Part shown: positions 1-7,725 of the stretch, in pieces
Layout of the letters: every line of letters starts with the position of its first letter
Position numbering within the stretch: position 1 is the first letter of the stretch
NCBI RefSeq assembly: GCF_006345805.1
Contig: NW_021826700.1
Coordinates: 1-12,093 of the forward strand
Source of the DNA: Octopus sinensis
Taxonomy: Eukaryota
DNA length: 12,093 bases
Direction: 5' to 3'
Notes under the pieces: model-generated
What the model saw: only the letters and a program-made list of their open reading frames with translations
Databases searched by the model: none
What the model was told of the DNA's origin: nothing
Position numbers and translations under genes: made by a program

Positions 1-57
1 ATGACAAAAAGATGATAAAAAGTCAGAGAAGGAGAAGCAGATAAGAAAAAGAACAAA

Positions 58-146
58 AAGAAGAAGAGAAGAAGAAGAAGAAGAAGAAGAAGAAGAAGAA
101 GAAGAGAAGAAGAAGAAGAAGAAGAAGAAGAAGACGAAGAAGAAGA
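58..146. repeat. (AAG)n trinucleotide microsatellite
   Basis: Near-perfect AAG run with a few interruptions, visible directly. Confidence 0.97.
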
Positions 147-956
147 CACATTGAAAATCATGGTGTTTAACATGAAACTGAAAATATTTTCGAAATATCA
201 GGAAATAATTCAAGGATAGAATGAAAAATTTTGGGCGAAAAGACATGGCTGAAAATTCAGGGAATATACGGAATCAGAAATCAACATATTCAATTGCACT
301 CATACACATTCTTATATTCATAGTATCAACGACGGAATGCGCTATGCACACTCACATCACACATATTCCCACTCACCCTTGTGGAAATATGGTGAGAGAG
401 ATTATTTATTTCATATCGCTTCATTGTCACAAGAATATTAGAAAACACACGCTTACAAGAAATATATCAGCAGTTTAATTGTATCAGGCCAAATATTCCA
501 GCTTACAAGTACAGTAAGTATTTCAGGTTTACAGATAGAATGTATGTGACTATATTATTCGAATATATATTTTCCGCTTCCACTTCAATTGCTCTATTAC
601 ATAAATAACGTGAAGTGAATGACAAAATTCGAAGTTGAATGATAATATCGAAACACGAAGGAGAATATTGAAATAAGAAATGGAGGAGGATGCAAAATAT
701 AAAATAAAGGAATAATATATTCACGTTTCACACAGAACTACACTTATATATGAACATACACATATACTTCAGCTACAAATATTTGATGCAAACATGTAAA
801 CTCACAAACGTTACCATTTCTAATACAAATTCATATCAAAATCATTGAAATTTGGGGAACAAAAATGAGTTATTGAGATGCGAATTGAAACAAAGCAACT
901 ACAGTAAAGGAACATTATATTTTTCCTATTATTTCACTTTCTCTCTCTTTCTTTCA
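147..956. repeat. Tandem duplication, left copy (paralogous to 1439-2267)
   Basis: Manual alignment at offset ~1299 gives 13 substitutions and no indels over 381-930 (~97.6% identity). Identity is ~89% over 258-330 and roughly 65-70% over 147-257. Both copies start with GACACATTGAAAATCATG right after an AAG tract and end at TTTCTTTCA. Confidence 0.95.
507..593 (-). CDS. Candidate 87-nt phase-2/phase-2 exon, LRR-like (speculative), left duplicate
   Basis: - strand reads aatag|A GCA ATT...CTG TAC TT|gtaagc and translates (L)AIEVEAENIYSNNIVTYILSVNLKYLLYL. It ends LxxLxxL with the same TT|GTAAG split as the two confident exons. No AG occurs on the - strand for 142 nt upstream of the acceptor (596-737). 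Against: 29 aa instead of 24, and a weak pyrimidine tract next to the TAG. Confidence 0.3.
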
Positions 957-1438
957 GAAGAAGAAGACGTACGGGGATGAGAGGAAGTGAGTAGGGGAGG
1001 ACGAGAAGGGGAGGAGAATGAGAAGAAAAATGAAGAAGGAGGAGGGGTAGAAGGGGATGAGGGGATGAGGAGGTGGGACAGGTGATATGTAGGGGCGGGG
1101 GAAGTGGAGAATTCGTGGAGGAGGAGAAAAAGGAGATTGGAGGAAGAGAGGGGAGGAGAGAAGAGAAGAGGTGCAGAATAGGAAGGAGGAGAATGAGAAT
1201 AGCAGAAAAGAGTAGAAGAGAAAGAAAAAGGAGAAAACTGACGAAGCAGAAAGTACGGGAGTAAGTTTATGAAATAAGAGAAGAAGAAGAAAAGAAGAAG
1301 AAGAAGAAGAAGTTGAAGGAGAAGAAGAAGAAGAAGAAGAAGAAGAAGAAGAGAAGTAGAAGAAGAAGAAGGAGGAGGAGAAGAGGAAGAAGAAGAAGAA
1401 GGAGAAGAAGGAGAAGAAAAAGAAGAAGAAGGAGAAGA
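957..1438. repeat. Purine-rich low-complexity tract grading into (AAG/GAG)n microsatellite
   Basis: The + strand is strongly A/G-dominated, with (AAG)n from ~1277 to 1438. This tract explains the poly-K/R and poly-S/L ORFs in the track. Confidence 0.95.
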
Positions 1439-2267
1439 CACATTGAAAATCATGATGTTCAAGAAGGTGAAAGAGAAAATGTAGTCAAAGAAAAAACAGG
1501 AGATATTTCAGGGACAGGGAACAAACGTTTGAAGGAGAGAACTTGGCTAAAAGGTCAGGGAATATACGTTTTCAGAAATCAACATATCCAAATGCACTCA
1601 TACACATACTTATATTGATAATATCAACGACGTAAGGTGATACGCACACTCACAATCACACATATTCTCACTCACACTTGTGGAAATATGGTGAGAGAGA
1701 TTATTTATTTCATATCGCTTCATTGTCACAAGAATTTTAGAAAACACACGCTTACAAGAATTATATCAGCAGTTTAATTGTATCAGGCCAAATATTCCAG
1801 CTTACAAGTACAGTAAGTATTTCAGGTTTACAGATAGAATGGATGTGACGATATTATTCGAATATATATTTTCCGCTTCCACTTCAGTTGCTCTATTACA
1901 TAAATAACGTGAAGTGAATGACAAAATTCGAAGTTGAATGTTAATATCGAAACACGAAGGAGAATATTGAAATAAGAAATGGAGGAAGATGTAAAATATA
2001 AAATAAAGGAATAATATAGTCACATTTCACACAGAACTACACTTATATATGAACATACACATATACTTCAGCTAAAAATATTTGATGCAAACATGTAAAC
2101 TCACAAACGTTACCATTTCTAATACAAATTCATATCAAAATCATTGAAATTTGGGGAACAAAACTGAGTTATTGAGATGCGAATTGAAACAAAGCAACTA
2201 CAATAAAGGAACATTATATTTTTCCTATTATTTCATTTTCTCTCTCAAATTCTCTCTCTTTCTTTCA
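1439..2267. repeat. Tandem duplication, right copy (paralogous to 147-956)
   Basis: Same alignment as the left copy. The ORF-track entries 503..724 and 1802..2023 are near-identical at offset 1299. Confidence 0.95.
1806..1892 (-). CDS. Candidate 87-nt phase-2/phase-2 exon, LRR-like (speculative), right duplicate
   Basis: aatag|A GCA ACT...CTG TAC TT|gtaagc translates (L)ATEVEAENIYSNNIVTSILSVNLKYLLYL. The AG-free stretch upstream is also present. It differs from the 507-593 copy at 3 positions (2 nonsynonymous, 1 synonymous). Confidence 0.3.
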
Positions 2268-2437
2268 CATTGTCTCGCTCTCTCATATTCTCTTTGTATC
2301 TTCCTAAATCGTGTTCATTCTACAAATTTGAATTAATTTTGTTTAGTTCAGTCTGAAATTTTCTACATTTGTGAGCTTATATATCAGCATCAATTATTAC
2401 TTCCGGAAAATCGTATCAAGAAACTGAACGAACTTAC

Positions 2438-2509
2438 AATCCCTTTAAATTTGAAAGCCCCGTGAATGTACCTTCATTGATGGTTGAAATGTTGTTCCCT
2501 CGCAGATCT
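2438..2509 (-). CDS. 72-nt internal exon encoding one canonical 24-aa extracellular LRR
   Basis: - strand reads ctttctttactgctatag|A GAT CTG CGA GGG AAC AAC ATT...TTA AAG GGA TT|gtaagt and translates (L)DLRGNNISTINEGTFTGLSNLKGL. This fits xLxxNxIxxIxxxxFxGLxxLxxL. The exon is exactly 72 nt, phase 2-2, has consensus splice sites and joins in frame to 6001. Confidence 0.93.
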
Positions 2510-2593
2510 CTATAGCAGTAAAGAAAGAGTAAAATAGATTATTTGGAAAATATTTGTGATACGATATCAAACACTGTGACTTCAGAATGAAAG

Positions 2594-2711
2594 GAAGAAA
2601 AAGAAGAAAGATAACGAAGAAGAAGAAGAAGAAGAAGAAGAAGAAGAAGAAGAAGAAGAAGAAGAAGAAGAAGAAGCAGAAGGAGAAGAAGAAGAAGCAG
2701 GAGGAGAAGAA
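2594..2711. repeat. (AAG)n microsatellite
   Basis: Long pure AAG run from 2616 with degenerate flanks. It is the source of the poly-K ORF 2587..2913. Confidence 0.97.
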
Positions 2712-2784
2712 TATCTTAACGTGGCAGACGTTTCATGTTTATTTCCTACTTGACTTGCACAACCTCGAGTATCCGCTTCGCCTC

Positions 2785-2885
2785 TCTATGTACCAACACA
2801 CACATCCACACACATACACGCACATGTATGCACATATAAGCACATACACACATATACACTCTGAAATATACACACATATGTATAT
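2785..2885. repeat. Degenerate (CA)/(TA) dinucleotide repeat
   Basis: ACACACATCCACACACATACACGCACATGTATG...-type alternating sequence. Confidence 0.8.
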
Positions 2886-2909
2886 CTGCCTCTGGGTGCG
2901 AGTATGTGT

Positions 2910-3660
2910 GTGAACCTCGTCCCCGTAGTGGTGTCCTTTTATCTGTCGATACAGTTTATTATCGAATCTAAAGGTGTTGTCTTCTAGTTCCCGGCGTGTG
3001 TCTTTGGAAATGCGTTTTGAAGCGTTCGTCCATCCGTCCGCTATGTTTTTCTGCCCAGTGTTTGATTGCTCCCAGGCCCAAAGTGTGATGTATTTGTACA
3101 AAGATTAGTCAAATCTTTTAAGTATAGTACGTTCTGGGACAGTGGGTGGAATGTGTTTGATGAAATCCATATCGTCTCGGGTATAGCTGGGCATTAATGG
3201 GCACAACGGTTTGAGGAGTATATCCAAAAGATGGCTCAGTTGTTGTGTTGGGGCTCAAGGTCCAGCAACTGTTGGTCTCAATTTGATGTCAGTAGGTCTT
3301 AGTATTTTTATATGCTGATCCTTGCATTTTGGAGCATTCGCAGATCTTGGGTGATCCATAGAAATTACTCTCTTTCATTACAGAGCTGCATAAATAATCT
3401 TTCTCTTTATCTGTGAACGAACGTTGGTATTCATTTATCTTAATTTTGGGTGTATTCATTATTACTTTCTCCGCGTGTCTTGGTTCTTCCTTGTAGCAGG
3501 ATTAGTCTGTTTCCAATATTTTATCTTTATAGTAGTCTTGGTCCGTGCCTGCTATCACCCTTCCCCAATCGGTTTCGTTTAGGATGATTAAATTGTCAAT
3601 TTGCAGTTTGTAAGGCTTTCTTTTCGTCTTCACGAAGGTTCTGTTTGCATTTTCGTATAT
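2910..3660 (-). mobile_element. Penelope-like retroelement, decayed reverse-transcriptase fragment
   Basis: - strand conceptual translation with stops and frameshifts: QNLREDEKKAL...SNFYGSPKI...KLRPTVAGP*APTQQLSHLLDILLKPLCPLMPSYTRDDMDFIKHIP...LEDNTFRFDNKLYRQIKG, then after a 1-nt shift TTTGTRF. These match the Penelope-like RT motifs FYGLPKIHK, LRPIV and N.F.F....Y.Q..G.AMG. The fragment is truncated before the catalytic DD motif. Confidence 0.9.
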
Positions 3661-4547
3661 TTTATTATATAAGATATAAAACAGATTTAAGTCACCACGT
3701 AAAGTATGAATGAAAAACACACATGCATGTAAAATATGAGAAAAGAATGGATGTTCAAAATATTTGTGATTTGAATTAGATTTACAAAGCCTTCGTTGCA
3801 ACATCAGTTTTCAGTGGAAGATATTTTTATCATCTCAGAAGTCAGCTTTATTTATAAATATCTTGTTTCTGTCCAATGAGCATTCTATTTGTTATTACAC
3901 TTTGCTGTCAAAAGTAATTTATCTTTGCAAAAGTAAACTCCTCTCCTTTGCATAATTGATGCATAAAAGTTCTTCACAAAAATAAATAAACCCCCAAAAC
4001 TTCAAGACTGAAATAATAGACTAGGAAGGAAAACATAACAGAAATAGAAAGGGATTTATTAATAGAATTGGTGATGGTAGAGTGGGGAAACCCTGATATA
4101 ATTTTGAGTTATGTGCTACAAAGGAGAACAACCTTACATGGTGCTTTAACTGGTTAAGGGTGTTATTTAAAAAAGGGATGTGGCAACATACATTGCCTTA
4201 GTTTTTTCGTCTTTTTTTAGCCCTTTGCTCCTTACTCTTGCTGTATTAAACCTCAGTTTGTTACCATTATTAGCCATCTATGCTAAATCCTTCATCCCCT
4301 AAATAGCATCCCTGTTAATCATTCCTGTAAAGGTTAACCTGCAACAGCTCAAACGGAATATTAATGATATCTGTCTCACAAGTATTGGAGATCTTGCAGG
4401 GGTTAAAAAGCTTGTATGATCCTTTCTCCAAAATCGGTAAAATAAAAAGTGTGGAATTTTAACTCAGGTCACAGACAACTGGACAATATACTGCAAGGTG
4501 TCTTATTCGAGGTCCTCATAGTTGCATTTGTTCATTGAACTGTTATG

Positions 4548-4673
4548 GTTCTTTATTGATCTCTGAAATGAATGACCCAAGGTTGACCTTGGCGGGACTT
4601 GAAGTCAGATTGCCGTGTGTCAGAACGCAATGTATTCTGCTAGACGGTCAAAAGATTTGTGCCTATCCTCGCT
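4548..4673 (-). mobile_element. Old, diverged tRNA-derived SINE fragment
   Basis: - strand TCTGACTTCAAGTCCCGCCAAGGTCAACCTTGGGTCATTCATTTCAGAGATCAATAAA aligns to the B-box/body of the SINE at 5327-5542 (TTTTAAATTCTGTCGAGGTTGACTTTGCTTTTCATTCTTTTGGAGTCGGTAAA). Confidence 0.55.
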
Positions 4674-5326
4674 CAAGTTATGAACGATGAAAATATCTAA
4701 CTTATTAAATAGAACTTCAACTTTACTATTCAACATCTTGAGTTATACGAGATTTAGGAATTCCATTATTGAAACTTTTCTCTTTATTTTACATTAGGAT
4801 TTCTCATTTTGTCAAAACGTTCCAAATGTTTTGAGAAATAGATCTGATCGAATGAATTGATCCACTTTAGTATTAGAATATTTGATTAAAACTGAAAGTT
4901 TAAGGTGATTAATGCAATGATGCAAGCCAATTAACTGGAAATAATCACCTGGAAGAGCAATGTGTTGCAACAGAGTATTTGTTATGATTGCATGTATCAA
5001 ATAATTACTCTTTTTTATTCTATTCCATTTCTTGAGACGTTAAATTTTAATAATTTACTTAAAAATTGCGTAAGATTTCAGGTGAACGGGGATACATCAA
5101 TCAGCCGAAACTTCAATTAAGCTTGCATAATTTTGTAATAAGTTTTATTGTGTTCATGATAGGGTAAATTTTACTGATGACATTCTATCAAAAATAAATT
5201 CCTCATAATTTGTTAAAACAACACTATTTTGATTTCTTCACTTAGGTATTTTAAGAATTTGGCAATTTAAGCGGATCTCGTCATTATCTGCTGTTTAATC
5301 CATCTGTATCATTTTTAATTATAAAA

Positions 5327-5542
5327 ATAATAATTTCTTCTATAGGAACAAACCTGAAATTTTGGGAAAGGGACAAGTCCTTTACATTGATCTCAGAGAT
5401 AAATTGCTAATTATTTTACCGACTCCAAAAGAATGAAAAGCAAAGTCAACCTCGACAGAATTTAAAATCGAAACGTAAAGACGAACGAAATACCCTCTCA
5501 ACATTTTGTCTGGCGTGCACAACGATTCTGATAGCTCGCTGC
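5327..5542 (-). mobile_element. Near full-length tRNA-derived SINE (octopus-type) with (AAT)n tail
   Basis: On the - strand it starts GCAGCGAGCTATCAGAATCGTTG (A-box-like) and has a degenerate B-box region followed by ...GTCGAGGTTGACTTTGCTTTTCAT.... It ends ...CCCAAAATTTCAGGTTTGTTCCTATAG + ATT repeats. Related copies occur at 4548 and 10895. The family assignment is from memory. Confidence 0.8.
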
Positions 5543-6000
5543 ATATTCTATTATAAAATTAACACAAACAATAATTAACAATTATTCTATGACACGATCA
5601 ACTGATATTATATCATATTACTGTAACAATAAGTAACAATTCAACTAATTAATGATATAATATAACTATGTGGAATACACGTTTTCTTAGCACTAAAGTT
5701 TTTATACTGTCCGTTCATTGAATATACCGTAAGATTTGATAAGTTCAGACAAATGAAATCAAAGTCAGATACTAGTCATAGCCAATCTCTGTGTATGCGA
5801 TGTTATATATTATAAATTCAATATGGTAAGTAACAGTTTATTTGACTTCACAGCAGGTAACATATCGATTTGTTTTACTCTAACATAAGATTGTGCTTAA
5901 AGCTGTGAGATAAACAGCATAAGCGATTAGCTGAGAACATAATCAATGAGAATTTAAAATATTGGATGTGGAAAATACGTAGAAAGTGTCAAATACTTAC

Positions 6001-6191
6001 AAATATTCAACATTCGTCGGAATTGGTTGTGGAATCGATGGTAAATTGCGATGTGCACAATCTATATTTGTTGTAAGTGAATTGCAAGTACATATCTTGC
6101 ATATATCTGAATCAGCTTGAGTCTCCAAAAACAATATCGTACACAGTATCAACGCAAGAGACCGTCTATATGATACTACGTGGTGAAACAT
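6001..6191 (-). CDS. First coding exon of an extracellular LRR protein (SLIT-type architecture): signal peptide + LRRNT cap
   Basis: MFHHVVSYRRSLALILCTILFLETQA|DS has a basic n-region, a hydrophobic h-region and a small-residue cleavage site. It is followed by CKICTCNSLTTNIDCAHRNLPSIPQPIPTNVEYL, which fits the LRRNT CxxCxC...DC..RNL..IP..IP. The donor is TAT TT|gtaagt at 6000. An acceptor ttcttcttttacag lies upstream, with the exon starting at 6211 (20 nt of presumed 5' UTR). The orthologue cannot be named. Confidence 0.92.
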
Positions 6192-6745
6192 ATTGCCAGG
6201 CGTAGATTTATCTGTAAAAGAAGAACATAGGAAATGTCAGAGATTTCAATGTTATTAACTTCAAATTGCAGATTCTCTGAAGGAACTAAAATTCACCCCT
6301 GTTCCACATGACAAATATATTTTTGTTTTCATGATTGGATATTTAAAGCTAAAAAATTAAATTTCGATAAATTAGTGTGAAGAAATTTATAAAAATTTTA
6401 TAGCTTTAACGCGTAATAATATCAAAGAAAACACCAAACTCACACACACAAACACAAACGCACTCCTACACACATCTGTAACCATACTCGGAGGGGGGTC
6501 TAATATATATATATACAAAACTAGCGAACCATGAGTTTCGTAGACCCTAAATACGCAGTGGTTGTAAACCCGGTTGGGTCGTTAAATCCGATGGGACCCC
6601 ACAAGCAACTGTATTGTATCAAAGGATTTTTCCTGTACCCCAGTTTTAGAAGCGTTCATACAAAGTTTTTCCTTAAATAAACTATCATGATTTCATTTTA
6701 CTTACTTTTTTTTTACTGAAAACAAGAATAAAGCATGAACGTAAA

Positions 6746-6950
6746 TCTATATATATAAAACTCAACTTGTGTGTCTATCTGTGTATCTGTGTGTGTGTCT
6801 GTGTCTTTTACTTCCCGGCACATCTCCTCCTAGCCAACAAATCGTAGAACCACCAAACATAGGTCACTTAAAGTTTAGGCGAATGAAAATTGAACTGCGC
6901 TATTTCTGTTCCGAAATTCATCTCGCAAGTGCAAAAATCGATAATGTGTT
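6746..6950 (+). mobile_element. Probable 5' end of a non-autonomous Helitron-like element
   Basis: A|TCTATATATATAAAAC start (TC terminus after A), followed by a (GT/CTGT)n microsatellite and CTCCTCCTAG...ACCAAAC. This layout is typical of non-autonomous Helitron/DINE-1-like elements. The 3' end is not established. Confidence 0.45.
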
Positions 6951-7359
6951 TGTTTAGGCCTTCTCCCATGCATTGAATAGTGAACTTTACTCAGTCAGCT
7001 GTTTGACGTGAACTGTGTTCACCACGCGTGCAAGCATGCGTAAATTGCATGAAAAATAAAAAAGCAAGACGAATCGCCGTAAACATTGTAGAAATTCGGC
7101 AAAGAAATGAATTTTCGGGATGTAGCCTGGAGGGTTTTTCCCTATTAATCGTTTGGACTTTGTGAACTCATACCAATTGTTTTCATACCATTTTTAACGC
7201 TTTGAATTAAATGTGACCATTTTGCGTTGAGTCTGCAGTTTGAATCACTAACCAAATTTTAGCAGGTCGGATTTTTGATCATCACGATACATCGCCAGCG
7301 ACTCCCTGAAACTCTCCTCTGATATCCTCGTTGAGAAATACTGATCTAAAATAATAATT

Positions 7360-7548
7360 CAACAATGCAATTTTCTGTATGTTATATGTGTTTGTAAGTC
7401 CTGGTATTTTTGTTATGTATTTGTCTGAATAATTTTTTATCATGCCTAATGCACTTACTATGATAGGAATTGTTTCTGTTTTTAGATTCCTCGTTCGAGT
7501 TACCTCTATCTCCAGGTCTTTGTATTTTGAAAGTTTCTCCATTTCTTT
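7360..7548 (-). mobile_element. Fragment of a restriction-like-endonuclease non-LTR retrotransposon (R4/Dong-like), C-terminal region
   Basis: KEMEKLSKYKDLEIEVTRTRNLKTETIPIIVSALGMIKNYSDKYITKIPGLTNTYNIQKIALL matches the K..KY.DL..E....W......IPI.VGALG.I C-terminal motif of R4/Dong-clade ORFs. It is flanked on both sides by short ATT/AAT repeats. Confidence 0.85.
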
Positions 7549-7725
7549 ATTGTTATTATTATTATTTGTGTCGGTTTTGGAGACTAGTTGTTCGGAGCTC
7601 TAAGTTTTCTTTAGAATTTGTTGTTACAATGTTGTTTTCAAAATTTTATTGACCACAGAACCCACCTCGCTGTAAGCGGGGCTAGCTGCGGTGGCCAGAA
7701 TTCGCCCCTTAAAGGCGAATTTTGA

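Noticed and set aside
147-330. Protein-like divergence between duplicates (KTWLKIQGIY vs RTWLKGQGIY) and a net 6-nt length difference
   Set aside because: Manual count of substitutions by codon position is 13/14/13, with no third-position bias, and the left copy has in-frame stops. This is consistent with neutral non-coding divergence.
958-1260. Apparent + strand 303-nt exon (ttctttcag| ... gga|gtaagt)
   Set aside because: All three frames hit stops within 12 codons, and the acceptor is simply the CT-to-GA microsatellite boundary. At most it is an antisense non-coding exon, with no support.
929-1618. ORFs 929..1462(-), 1073..1264(+) and 1313..1618(+) with poly-S/L/K/R, and the similar 2587..2913(+)
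   Set aside because: These are translations of AAG/GA microsatellites that lack stops by composition, and show no domain content.
3788-3808. Hammerhead-like CTGATG-TTGCAA-CGAAG on the - strand just 5' of the Penelope RT
   Set aside because: Two invariant core positions are wrong (CUGAUGA and GAAA are not matched), and no stems I/III could be formed.
4255-4325. - strand INRDAI*GMKDLA*MANNGNKL, which has LRR-like spacing
   Set aside because: It has two stops in 22 codons, no in-phase splice sites and non-LRR flanks, so it is likely chance.
6499-6745. TCTAATATATATATATACAAAACTAG followed by short hairpins (ACCC-GGTT-GGGT etc.), a possible second Helitron terminus
   Set aside because: The start is preceded by G, not A, the stems are only 4-7 bp, and no matching opposite end was found. 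It is left unannotated.
7650-7721. HDV-like ribozyme candidate (CAG...CCTCG-CTG resembles P3/L3)
   Set aside because: The loop is too long and no complementary P1 or P2 strands were found.
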